A stretch of DNA of 64,000 bases, taken from NCBI GenBank assembly GCA_964188305.1, contig OZ076892.1; one strand, given 5' to 3'. Positions within the stretch are counted from its first letter, which is position 1. The number at the start of each line of letters is the position of its first letter. The stretch comes from Podarcis bocagei (Eukaryota). Of the stretch, positions 37,051-50,319 are shown piece after piece. The position numbers and the translations under genes are program-made. The notes beneath the pieces are model-generated. The model was not told the origin of the DNA, did not search any database, and saw nothing but the letters and a program-made list of their open reading frames with translations.

Positions 37051-40000
37051 CTGCCAAGAGAAGGAAAGGAGGGTGTGAAGTGGCTCAGGAGGAGCAACAG
37101 GGGGAAACTGTGCCTGCCGGGACTCAGGTTGCTACTTGGCAGAGGCCATCGACGTATCCGCCCTCTTCATTTTTTGTGCCACCATTCTGAACCACCGCCA
37201 TCCACCGAGCCCAGCTCCTCTACCGTGCAAATGAAGCGCTCACCTAGTCTCGACAGAGTGGCGGCAGACAGCTTACGCTGCAAAATCCTTCCCCTGACTG
37301 AGCAGGGGTGGGGCTGTTGCTAAACTATTATTATTGTAGATATCAGTGCGCAGGGTGTGCATGTGTGTGAGAGAGAGTGAAAAAGAGAGACTAAAAGGGC
37401 TTATGCAGCTGCTGGTACGGCTTCCCAGGACTGCAGGCTTACAAGGTGTCCCCTGGTGGAATTATATTGAAAAAGGAAAGTTCCCCCTAAACTGGGGGTG
37501 GGAGGTATGGGAAAAAAGAAGTGGCTAAAAGTGTTTAGTACAGTTTTCTCACAGTCACTCCAGCTAGAAATGGGACTCTAAAGCCAAGAGCTTTAGAACA
37601 GCCATGATGACAGCATGGCAGAGCAAGAGGAAGGCCCGACCCATCATACCACCAGCACAAGCTGGGTTTGGGTTTCTAAAGCCAGCTAGAGCGTATCATA
37701 AAGAGTTTGTATTATACTTCTGAACATTGTCCATGTTGTCCCCTGTTCTGCTCTCAACATACAGCACACTCTCTGCCAGCCCTAGCCTGGAGGTGCCCTC
37801 CCTGCCTTTGAAATCTGCAGCTGCCCACCTTTCTTTATGAGAAAGCCAGCTCTTGCTCTGGTGACTGCTACATCAATCCTCTTTCTCCTCCAAGAAAACA
37901 TAAATTCTTAACATAAGGGAATCTAATTTACATAATTTTAAAATAGCTCTTTTAAACTGTTAATATCAGTGATTTTTTTTACTCTTTTTGTAAACCTCTT
38001 TAAGGTTGCTTTGCTACAATCAAGTGGTAAATAAATTTTATGAAATAAATGTGCAAAAACATTTAAGCATTTAATAAATTACTATTTTAAAAATGAGATT
38101 GTGTTGCTTCTTTTAATTGCATTATTAGCATTTACTAGAATCTAGGGTAGGCTATTTAAGCAAGAATTAGCAGAACATATTGTATTATTATTATTATTAT
38201 TAAAATTCATACACCCTTCATCATAAGACCTCAGGGTGGTTCACAGAATAAAATACAAGATAAAAACACAACTAAATAATTAAAACAAACCAGCAAAGCA
38301 ATAAGCCCTCTTCCCACATTATAAGGAAACAAAGCTAAAGGAGAGAGTAGTCTGGGCCAAACCCCCTTCCGGTTTCTGGGAGACTGCATCACTTACCCAC
38401 TTTTCAACTACCACAAAGAATAGGAACTCTAACTCCAGATTAGGGGAACCCCAATATGTATCCACATTCTGAACATTGAGAAAATTGTGGCCTTTTTGAC
38501 TTAAAATGGAAGCAGAAGGTACAGTAGCATCTACGCACATGCTCAGAAGACATAAGAGTGGCCTCCTGGGAGTGATCTTTGTAGCAGGGTAGGCCGGAGG
38601 CTCAAGGGCCAACCTCCCTTCTTGCAAGGGTGGCTTCCTTCACTGTGACACCAGTGCCAAAGAGACCAAAAGGCGGGATCCTGCAGTCTCAGCAGTTCTG
38701 CTCGCTGCCAAAACGAATACATCTGACAACAATTAACTTGTCATCTCCAAATGAATTCAGATGAACCACCCACTCTGCAGAATGTGCTTCAAGCACAGAG
38801 AGTGTCCTTTTCCTCAACATCTGAGGCTAAGTCACACTTTTATTTTAAAGGTGATAAATCTCTGAATTTACCAAATCAGGGAAAGCCTTTAAGTCTATCG
38901 GTCCCTCCAAAGTGACAATGCTGGAGACTTTCATGCAGCTCAGTCTATCCTACTTTATCCTCTCCCTATCAAAGTGTGAGTCACTTTGAGTTGCCTTGGG
39001 CAAATTATAGCAACTAACAAGTATAATAAATATAACAAATATAATCAATCATCAATAATAAAATGATTTCACATAATTTGTTGTGAAGATGAAATGCAGG
39101 TGCGGGGAGGACCCTAAATTCCTTGGAAGAAAAACAGGATATAAATATAATAAATGCAATGCAATTAAATGAAAGCAAGGTGATAAAAGTTACCATGTGC
39201 AAACTTTCTTCCTCAGAAAGAACTTAACAAGAGATCCTGGGCTGCAAGTGTGAACTATTGCCTCTGCCAGAAATTAGCAGCTGTTGTTCCTGGGACTTTC
39301 TGCTTTTTCTAACCATGCCCAGCAGTCTCTTTCAAAGACCAGCTGCCTAATAAAGCATAGACCCTGGTTCTGAAATTAGGTGGGAGCTCTTAGGACGCAC
39401 AGCGGAGAAGGAGAACACAACTTTTCTGAGTTACCCTGGCAGCCATCACTCACCTATCTGCAAAGCACAGCTGTGTTATAGCCATTCCATGCAGAGAGCA
39501 GACAAATCACTAAAATTTTGAACACTATAAAGAAGCAGGTTACAACGCATCAAGTGACTTGTTACTGGATCCATTTTTCCTTTACACCTGAAGTAGACTG
39601 AGGTGTGCCTGAATCTTTCTGAGTCGCTCAGCACTCACCATATTACAACCAAGATACCATGATTGGCATACCCCACAGAAAATTAGTGAGGCTCACCAGT
39701 CCGCAAAATGGGGGTGCACAAGAGAAACCTGTCACAAAATGGGGGTGAAGTCTGACATAAACAGCTGGCAATTGTTGGCATCATTTTCTACTGATAGCAG
39801 ATCACTCTTTGGAAATGGTTTAATTGCTTGCCATAGGTTTTCCTATGAGGGGAAAGGTTCTCAGATATGAAGCAAGAGGTGGAAATGTGGGGCTGGGCTC
39901 ACAGAGGGGAAGATGAGGCTGGCATCTCAGTTCTCACCTTCTTCTCGCCCTGGTCCAGCTGAATCTATGGGGCCACCCAGACAGTGAAGCCAGCAGGCCT

Positions 40001-40664
40001 CCTCTTGACCTATTGGACAAGGCCTCTTGGCAGGCAAGATGGAGGACAGCAAACCCTCCTGGCTCACTCCTTGCCACCACCAGCAGGCCCTTCACGCTGC
40101 CTGCCCTACTGAGTGGCACAGGGCACAGAGGAAATTATCCTCGTAGCAACTTAACAGAGGTCTCCCCTTCCCTCAGAGGGAAACATGGAGGGCACTGCTG
40201 CCTGGGGTTGGGCACTTGGGTATCGGCATCTACTGAATCAGCCACCCCACAGACAAGATGCCTCGCTCATTAAGGAGCAGTCACTGTCCAACACACACCC
40301 CTTTGCAAAGCCCAAAGTGCCTCCCTCCCTTCTTGATGGGCCTTCAGGGGTGTATTCCAGAAAAGATTCCGTGCCAAGAATCTCTGCCTTTAGTACTCCA
40401 ATTACATTATATAACTGTGCATCAATGTATACAATTTATTCTGGCAGCCATAATTTGCAAAACATAGGGTGAACATTTTGACAAGAAATAAGGTGATGGG
40501 GAATGATGAAGTCAGATGCAGTACAGCAAAATATCCCACACACAAAAATCAAATCAGTTTTCCTGCTTGGTTGCAGCCTAGGATCATGGCAATCATGAGT
40601 CACCGCTTTTTCCATTTTTATTATTTTTTAAATCTCACACTGAGAAAAACGCAAGACACCAACC

Positions 40665-40911
40665 TGTTATGTACTGAAGTTCTCACCCTGGGTCAGCAGG
40701 GGGATACTGTATATAGTTTTCACTCAGGTCCACGTCAGTTATTTTAGGCGGGAAACCCTGGGTTGTTGTTGCTACAATGTTGACAGCCGGCTGCCTATAA
40801 AAGCAGGCCGGCTGAGCTGTTTGCTGTTCAGTTCTGTTCCAGCTTACAAAAATAAAGAGCGGCTTTGGAGAAATCGCTGTGTCGTCTACCATGTCTACCC
40901 ACTATTCAACA
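40665..40911 (+). mobile_element. Solo LTR (247 bp) with a 5-bp TSD
   Basis: TGTT...AACA termini; CAACC at 40660-40664 and 40912-40916; TATAAAA at 40796-40802; AATAAA at 40851-40856. Confidence 0.85.
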
Positions 40912-41565
40912 CAACCCAAATCTTTATTTTTCCATTCACACCAATGTCTCTTACATATATACTGTAATTCAAAATACTTGGCAACATTTTGTTGTCCTCA
41001 CTTGTAAATACAAATTTTTTAATTTAGAAAATTTATAGACCACTTGATATATATAAAAAAAATCATCATTCTTGCTGTTATTCCCCTGCCTTAGAAGCGC
41101 ACCCAAACCATATTCTGTTCTTTTCTAGGCACTGAATTTGTACCGTTAAAACCAGGGCCTCAAGTGCCATAATGTCTTGGGCCAGCCCTGGTTAAGACTG
41201 CCATAGTAAAAGTTTACTTAGGAAGCACCTCTGTTATCTGGCCGCAAATGCAAGCCAAGGCAGCATCCCTAGTGAGGAAATGTACAATGCAATAGGAGAT
41301 TTCTTACATGTTTGGGTGTCTTTCACCCAATATGTGTTCTTCCCCATTATTAATGTCACTGGCCTGCGAGTTTTATCATTATTTTTACTGTGTTTAATCT
41401 ATTGCTCCTGACAAAGGAGATGCCTCTGAAATGCATTGAGCTAAATAAACAGCTGATTAACAAAAGCACCAGATCTTGCCTCCTTTTATTTTCGTGACCT
41501 TCACTGCCAATATCCTAGTATTCCAGGGGGCCTTTGTGATACTGGCTCCAAAAAAGCATTTAAGC

Positions 41566-41822
41566 CATGGGTAGGCAAACTAAGGCCTGGGGGCCAGATC
41601 CGGCCCAATCACCTTCTAAATCCAGCCCGCAGACAGTCCGGGAATCAGTGGTTGTTTTTTTTACATGAGTAGAATGTGTCCTTTTATTTAAAATGCATCT
41701 CTGGGTTATTTGTGGGGCATAGGAATTCATTCATAGATTTTTTTTCAAAATATAATCCGGCCCCCCACAAGGTCTGAGGGACAGTGGACCAGCCCCCTGC
41801 AGAAAAAGTTTGCTGACCTCTG
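41566..41822. mobile_element. hAT-type MITE, second copy
   Basis: CATGGGTAGGCAAACT...AGTTTGCTGACCTCTG; 8-bp TSD ATTTAAGC/ATTAAAGC (7 of 8 match). Confidence 0.82.
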
Positions 41823-42065
41823 ATTAAAGCATTCCTGAAAACTAAATGAATGTGTTCCCATGGTCTTAGCATGGATTTATTTTCAGTATTAGAGCACCTA
41901 CTTGCTATGCAGAAGGGCCAAAGCTCAGTCCTTAGAACCACCAGTGAAAAGATTTCAGAGAAGCATTCTGAGGGGGTCACAAATCTTGAGTAGCTGCCAG
42001 TCAGAGTAGACAGTAGTCCCACACGACATAGAGCAATGATCTGACTCAGAGTTACACAGCTTCGT

Positions 42066-42067
<2 letters not shown>

Positions 42068-42143
<76 letters not shown>
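42068..42143. repeat. (GT)n(GA)n compound microsatellite
   Basis: Direct reading. Confidence 0.95.
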
Positions 42144-42146
<3 letters not shown>

Positions 42147-45100
42147 CATCTGTAAGCGAGGCTGTTCCCTCCATTAACAGCCCACTCTGAGACCTATTCG
42201 AACAGCAACAACCTCACATGCCCCTTCATTTCCATGCAGATCAAAGAAGGGTGGAGACTTTAAACAACTTGTAAAAGACGCCTTTGTGCAGAAAGGGACG
42301 TGTGCCAAAATATGGGCGTTTATGAAGCACAAGCACACAAAGGGGAACATATCCCCAGGCGTTTCTCCCTGATCTATTAATCAGCCTAGCATACCAGCCT
42401 TTGGAAAGTGTAAGGAAAACCTCAGTTAAAAAAATGAGATGTGTTCCTGTAGATGGTCCAGTGAACAAAGAATTGACAGCCACCAACCAACTACTGAGAT
42501 AAAAGCTCTCTGATTTTGCAGATCTAGGAGGATCTCTAGTTGGCTCCTTGGCATTTCCTACTGTTGAAAATGGGTGGGTGGGTGGGTGGGGTAAGAGAAC
42601 CTTAACTTTTCCATCCCCACTTCCCCCCATTCTCTCTCACTGTTGGGATCAAACTACAAGTTCCACTTATTGTGTGGCAAATTGGGTGCTTCTGCCCTTC
42701 ATTTTCCGTCATGCCCTCTGCAGATTTGTTGCTGATGATGCATTCCACCTTTGGAATTCATTTTGTGTTTGTGGCCAAATGCCCGGTCATACTTGTCCCA
42801 CTGAGATCCTGCATGCTACCCCAGGAGTACGTTCATCACCCACTACATGAAAGGCAAGTAGGGCACAGACTGGCTCAGATACCACTGGGCACAGGAAGCC
42901 AAGAACCCTCCTTGCCCGCCAGGCTTAATTCCAGGTTGTGGGAGGCCCCCAGCAACATGCCAGTGGGAGCGGGAGCTCTCATATTTTTCACAAACACCCT
43001 CAATTGCCTTTAATTTGTTCCTATTTTTCTTGTGCAGCAGGTTGTTTAATACTAGTTCCCTGTGTTTAGCCAGCTCAAGTGTGCACATAAGGGGTGAGAG
43101 AAAAATTATGAGGAAACTCATAATTAAAAACATTAGAAGAGCATGGCTGCTCATCTAGTCAAGCACCTAATTCTCACAGTAGCCAGCCAGATGTCCCAAG
43201 GGAGGCCCATTAAGCAAGCAGGACATGAGTGCAACAGCACCTGTGCAATCCCCACCTGTGATTCCCTGCCCTGTAACTGTTTGGCCATGAGATCATTATT
43301 AGAGTGTGGACTTTCTCCAGTATTTCCCAGGATTTACCAGATAAAAGAAATACAGTTCATTCTCTGGAAAGAAGTGAGTCTGGGGCATTCTCATGCAAAA
43401 GTGGTGGGTTGTGGAAAGTATTATTATTGCCTTCATCATCATTAAAAGGTGGCTAAGGTTGTCACCTTTTTACTGCCTGGCTCCTGTGCCTTGAACAGCA
43501 ACTCGACACATTGAAATTCAAGCTTATGTCCACATTCCCCTTTACTGGGCACTCATTAACTTTCCAGTGCTGGGTTTTTAGTCACAAGACATTATAAAAA
43601 ATGCAAATGAATATTGTACTTCGTTATAAGATACTACTGCCTGATGCCGTTGCTTCTCAAAACCAGCTTCACACTGATTGGAGCCCTTAAGCTATTCCTA
43701 ATTAGTCTCTAACCAAGGTGTGGGCAGCTATGCATCAGGGAAAGACGTCCACACCCCTGTCAGTGCGCTTTGAGGCAGTAATATAAACACACCCTTCGTG
43801 GGTGAATCTTCTGGCAAGGGAGGGAGAAGCTGCACATGCCTGATTTCACTGTGTCAAGCCTACTGTTTAAGCACAAGAGCAAGATCAGTAAAAAGGTGGC
43901 AATCTTCAGCAAGCCCCCATCTCCCAGGAACCTCATGTCATCTTTATTCTTAATAATTCATCTCACAGTGGGGGTCTTCTCATCTCCCTCTGCCCAGGTT
44001 CTAAGCCAGACAGAGCCTTAATGGGATTTTTATTTTTAATTACAACAGAGCTAGCCAAGCCCTGCAAGGATTCACTGTGCCTTCCAGATGTTGTTCCAGC
44101 ACTCCAATTCCTAGCAACCCCAGCAGCCAGCATAGATTAAAGTCAGGGATGGTGGGACTTCGAGCCCAAGAACGTTTGGTGTGGGTGTGCGTGCACCCAG
44201 TTGGCAAAGGCAACTGCTGCAGGCTTCAGCTTGACTTCCATGCTTGGAACTTGACCTTGGCCAGCGTACTCTCACAAGGCCCAAGACAGATGATGCATAT
44301 GGTGGCATAAGATCTATCTCTGGCAGAACTCAGCCCAGCCTGGCAGAGACTGTTCATGCCGTGATGCCCACAAAAGGAGCACTTTGCTCTCTCCTAGGGA
44401 GAAGTTTCAGTCGCACTTTGGTGCAAGGCAGCTGCCCCCATGACCTTTGCCCTGGGCCCATCGGAAATACCACAGGACAAAATGCCCCTTGAATCTCTCC
44501 TGCAGAAAAAGCTCCTGCCCTTCCTGTTTTATGGTGAAGTCAGCATCCTCTTGCTGGACATTCCCACATGACTCAGGCTGGTCACTGCCTGTTACATGAT
44601 GCCATAATCAGCTGCTGAGAAGGAGAGCAGGAGCCTGAACTCTGGGGAGGGAGAACAGTGGGGGCACGTAAAGGCCCTCAATTCTGCTCCAGCAGTCTCC
44701 TCTCTACCTGCAGTCACACAGGACATCAGGTGTGTGGCAGGTGGGCATGGTTTGGGGGGAAACAGCTTTGCGGGCAAAATCTGAACGCCTGGCAGGTCAA
44801 GTATGGCCTGCAGACCAGAGGTTCCCCAGCCCTGAGTTACAAGGGGAGGGGCTCTGATGGCTACAGTTCTTTCTCCATCTCTCTCAAGAGAGCACCAGAG
44901 AGTTAGGAACATTTAACTTCCTAATCAAATACCTGATGTATCATATTCCTGTATCATAGGCAGTTCTGTTGGGCAACTGTGGCTCCTAAGGAGGAGCAGA
45001 GCTGTCAGGGCCTAGAAGTCAGTCTCTCTGGAAGGAACACCCAAGGGTGGGGCTCACCTTTGAGAGTGCTGCTGGGTGCAGTTGGTGCCTATGGTTTACC

Positions 45101-47619
45101 ACATGCCTCCCACATAAACTTTCTGCCCAGATCTTAAGATCATCTTCAGAGGCCCATCTTTGCCACGTTGCTACTACCAGAGAGGCCTTTGAGGCCTTTC
45201 AGTGGTCCTCAAAGAGTTCTGTGATCGTCCCAGTATCAGGCTGAAGCCCTTTTAATCTACCCAAGCTTTTTAGATGCTGTTGATAAATGACTTTGCCTTA
45301 CTTGCACTGACGTTAAGCAGTTTTCACATCTGCTGCTGCTAAGGTTATCCTACTTTCAAAGTTTTACTGTGCTAAATTGCTGCCTTAGGGAGCTTCCAGA
45401 TGTGGACAGTTGAGCAGCACCTCATCATTACTGTTCTGTTTTAAGCTGCAAGTGGAACAGCAACTCTGCTTCCAGACTTCTGAAATCCAGACAACATGCT
45501 GCAGCCAGGTGAGCAGTGTCTCATTCCCTGCCTTAAAGATGAGGGTGTGGAGTGAGGAGATTGATATTCGTTTGGACAATGGGGGGTGCAGATGGGTTTA
45601 CTATTCGCTCCACCTTGCTACATGACTGCCCCACCCTGCTACAAGATGGGGGAAAGAAACAGATATAAATGAAATACTATCTCCATCTGTCATGGATGCT
45701 TTAGCTGAGATTTCTGCATTGCAGGAGATTGGACTAGATGACCCTTGGTGTCCCTTCCAACTCTGCAATTCTATCATTCTATATAAAAAGGAAGACAGAA
45801 ATGCATCCTTGTGTCGTGTTTTACCTGTTCAGCTCTAAAGAAAAACAGCAACAGAAGCTGAACAGGTAAAATATGACACAGGGATGTTTTGTTCACATCA
45901 TGTAAATGGTCATAAAAAGTGAGTGGACACTGTGTGGCTAGTCCCCAGTAAATTCTTAGTGTGGAAACAGCGATAGTTTAATTTTTTGGAATTCCTAGCC
46001 ACTCTGGAAAACCTTTCATGGTTGAAGAGTGATATGTAAACTTATGTAAATAAACAACAGCCCTGCCCTCCAGGCCTACTCTGCACTGTGCACCACAGTT
46101 ACTATGCATGTACGCCCATTTGTACCCCCAGCTTTCACTGAGTCTTAGCTGTTAAGTCAGGGACAGGCAGGAAGGTAAGTTATCCTCTATGCACATTTTA
46201 AACCCAGATGCAAGGTTGCAGAAATCTGCCCTGTGCATTTAAATCTCTGAACTGCCCTCAAAGATGAGGAGGAAGCCACAGCAGTTCCTGCCCCTCCTTT
46301 GCCCTTCTCACAGCTGCTACTGCTGCAATAAGTAAGTAGCAAGGGGGGGCATTCTCCCCCAGGCTGAGTTCCCCCACAGTCCAGTCTGTGAAATGAGATA
46401 AGGAAATGTCATGACCTGGTCCCTCTTCTAAGCATGGGTACCTGTTGCAGCACAGCACAGCACGGCTTAAGGGCCCAAGAGGAGCCCCACCCACGCACTT
46501 CTGGGGTGAGCTTTTGATTTATGCAATGCTTGAATTGGTAGGTCACAAACTGGACCCCTGTCGAGCGAGAGGGCGGCCCTGAAAGCTCTGGAATGCTTTT
46601 CCAGTTCATGTGTCCCTCCCCTCCTCCCTCCCCCCCCCAGCCACCTCACTATGCAACCAAGGCCTCACTTTTGCAGACATAAAATCCTGCCTTCAAGCAA
46701 GCGGAAAACTTCAAGAATTGCAGTTAGCCACTGAAATCAACCCCATGTGCATCTTCAAAATAAGCTCTCTCCTCTAGAGACTATTGGAAGGGCACCATCT
46801 AGTGGCAACACTGCATTCAAAATTCTGACCGCACAGCTTGCATCAAAATCTTTGGGAAGGAGATATCCTGGCACTGCAGGGAGCCCCATCCGCCAGCGCA
46901 AGCACATGCAGAGTCTTCCTGAGAGAAAGGAAGCAGGAGCCTGACAGGGCCACATATGGGTCTAGCCAAACCAAACTCCCTTATGCTAAGGAGGCAAAGG
47001 GGTTTCATTTCCTTGGTGCTGTCAACGTTTCCCTTTTTTTAAGGGAAATTCCCTTATTCCGAATAGGATTCTTCGCAAGAAAAGGGAAAAGTTGACAGCT
47101 ATGGATTTCTTCCCAGCAGTGACTCTGTAGTGTAGCTGGACTGGTGCAGTTGTGTGGGTGCAGCTTAGCTGCACAAGCAGCTTACATGCCCCAAAAAACA
47201 GGGGAAGCCAATCACCTGCAGCAACAGGAACCTAAGCAACAGTCTTTGCCAACTTGGTGCCCTTCATATGTTTAGACTACAATTCCCATCAACCACAAAA
47301 CATCTACAGATCTTATTATAGGTTGGCCTAATAGTATTTTTTTAATAGGTCCCCCCCCCCCTTGTGGTCCAATGCAGCAACATTTTGCTTCTTATTATTG
47401 TGTTATTATTTATCCGTTTTTACTAGGAGGCCTGCTGTTAGGTAGAAACGTGGGGTATAAATATTGCAAATAATTAAATCATGTCTGCCTTGATTAACCC
47501 CCAAGAGCAAGTGCCCACCCTCAAAACACCAGCCACCACAACCTGAATGCTCCCAAAGAGAAAGTACCACCCATTACACAAGAAAAATAGGAACCACTAT
47601 GAAAAAAGGTGAATTCCAT

Positions 47620-48362
47620 GCTTAGGGATCATTGGGAAAAGAACTGAAAATAAAACTGCTGATATCATAATGCCATTACACAAATTTATGGTGTGACCAC
47701 ATTTGCAATACTGTGTAAAATTCTGGTCGCTTCACCTCAAAAGGATATTGCTGAGTTGAAAAGGTTGCAGAAAAGGGCAACCAAAATGACCAAGACGATA
47801 GAGAGATATCCTCTCTGAGGAAAGGTTGCAGTGTTTGAGCCTTTTTAGTTGACAGAAAAGACGAGGAAGAGGTGACGTGGTGGAGGCAAATAAAATTATG
47901 CATGGAGCGGAGAAAGTGGTTAGAGAAAAGTTTTTCTCCCTCTCTCGTAACACTAGAACTCATGGACGTCCAATTTAGCTGAATGTTGGAAGATGCAGGA
48001 CAGGTAAAAGAAAGTACCGTATTTTTCGCTCTATAAGATGCACCAGACCACAAGACACACCTAGTTTTTGGAGGAGGAAAACAAGAAACAAAATATTCTG
48101 AATCTCAGAAGCCAGAACAGCAAGAGGGATTGCTGCGCAGTGAAAGTAGCAATCCCTCTTGCTGTTCTGGCTTCTGGGATAGCTGCGCAGCCTGGATTCG
48201 CTCCATAAGGCACACGCACATTTCCCCTTACTTTATAGAGCAAAAGATACGGTATTTCTTCACGCAATGAAGTTAAACTATGGAACGTCCCTTCCACTTG
48301 GATGACTTGAAAATAGGATTAGACAAATTCTTTGAGAATAAGGCTATCAACGGTTACTAGCC
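47620..48362 (+). mobile_element. Old CR1 ORF2 fragment interrupted by a MITE
   Basis: Degenerate CR1 ORF2 C-terminal coding sequence that resumes collinearly after 48254. Confidence 0.72.
48017..48252. mobile_element. Tc2-like (Tc1/mariner superfamily) MITE nested in CR1
   Basis: TA|CCGTATTTTTCGCTCTATAA...TTATAGAGCAAAAGATACGG|TA. Confidence 0.8.
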
Positions 48363-50176
48363 ACAATGGCCATGCTCTGGCTCCCCTGCCCAAGGCAATA
48401 TGCCTCTGAATCCCAGTTACTGGGAATTACAAGTGGGCAGGATGCTGTTGTGCTCAGATCCTGCTTGTGTGCTTCCCATAGGCATCTCTATGAGAACAGC
48501 ATGTTGGACTGCCTGATCCAGTTATTTATAAAGATGTTGGACAGGACAGGACAGAAGCCTGCAGCACTTCACTCTACTTGTCACTTTTTTCCAGGGCATC
48601 ATTTGTCTGCATACCAGGAGAAGGCATTTTGCCTAATGAATTTCAGTTTGTCCAACCGCCATGGAAGGCCAAGCAAAAAAGCCAGCAAGGCGAGAAGGTG
48701 CAGTTCCGCTTCCGAGGGTGGCCCCAGCATTCCACTGGGACTGGGACTCCAGTTCATGCATTTGAGCTCCGTGGGCGGAAAGAAAGGAGCACTTTGCAAG
48801 GGCAAAGTGATTTCCTTGTGAAGATTGGAGAGACGGGCAAAATGTGTGCAGGCCTCCCTGCAGACGCCTTTGCCCTGTGCTCAACGGCCAAGCATTCCCA
48901 GGGAGCGGGATGACTGGGGCATTGTGCTCACGCCTTCAGTCCATATGGTGGGCATAGAGTTAAAGGGCTTCATTTTCTCATCCATGTCTGTGCTCTTGAA
49001 AGGGCACATTGGGGAAATGGAACAAAACAGCATCCACCCCCTACCCTGCATTTCAGCAGCCTTGTGCTCGGATGGCAGGAGGCAATTAAAAATCATTTCG
49101 AATGAGCTCATTTGTTTCTTCTGCTTCTTGTACAAGGACCATTGTGGCCTTGGCTTGTGTCTCTGAAATCTCAAGATTTACTCAGCAGCGAACCTGGATG
49201 AGGGTTCAGTCCCATTTCCTGCCCTGAGGAAGCTGACGTTTTTCAATAAAAGGAATATGAGAGGACGCCTGTGTGACAGTTTGATTCTGTCCATTTGGAC
49301 ATGAAATAGAGAATAGTGCTTTTCTGTCCCACTACAGGTGCAAACAGTCAACAATGTGGGGATGACTGTGTCATCACAGACGGATGTTGTTGTTCACTGG
49401 GGTTATTTTGCATACATTTAAGATTAAACTGAATGTTCACAGTCTGCATACCTTTTGCATTTCTTTCCCATTTGATCTCCAGTTTTTACCATTTTATCTC
49501 AGCACCCATCCCTGCCAGCTAAGACTCACCCTCCTTGCATCTGACAAAATAGCCTCTGTTCCACAAATATTTATGCCAGAATGAATTTGTTTGTCTTTAA
49601 GGTGCTGCAAGCCTGTTATGAGGAATGCAGAATAACCATGCAACGTTAGTCCCTATTTTGTTTTAATTAGGGAGATGAGTCGTAGGCAAACACTGTGACC
49701 AGGATTCCACAGAGAGCATGTAGATGCTGGAGAAAGCCTCCTGAGGCCAGATTGGAGGCCAAGAAAAGGAGCTGCCTGCCACCCCCACCAGCACCAACAC
49801 CCCAAAGAAAAGGCAACCCAAAGTTCAAGAAGAAGCCCTCCTGCCCTGTGTCAAAGACCCTTTCCAGCCAGGACACACGCAAAATCAGACACAAGACACG
49901 AAGATGGGGGGTCTTTTTCAGTCCATGTAGACTTGTTTCTCTGCTTCAACTGAGCAGGGACACAAGAAACCCTGGCTAGGAATTGGTTGCTATAAGTAAA
50001 AATTATTCTCTGTGGGGAGTGGGGTTGAAAGTTTTGTTTGCATTTTGATGAGAAACTACTTTGCAAACCAATACACAGACTGAGACACAGGTATCCTTCC
50101 ACATTCCCTTCAGAAGCTGCCTTGTATTGAGTCAGTGCATTTACCCATCTAGATTAGTGTAGTTGACACTGACTGG

Positions 50177-50237
50177 CAGCAGCAGCAGCAGCAGCAGCTC
50201 TCCAGGGTTTTACAGACAGAGAGCTTTAGGCACTGTG

Positions 50238-50318
<81 letters not shown>
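50177..50318. repeat. (CAG)n and (CTA)n(TTA)n trinucleotide microsatellites
   Basis: Direct reading; these explain the poly-Leu, poly-Ile and poly-Val pseudo-ORFs. Confidence 0.95.
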
Positions 50319-50319
<1 letters not shown>

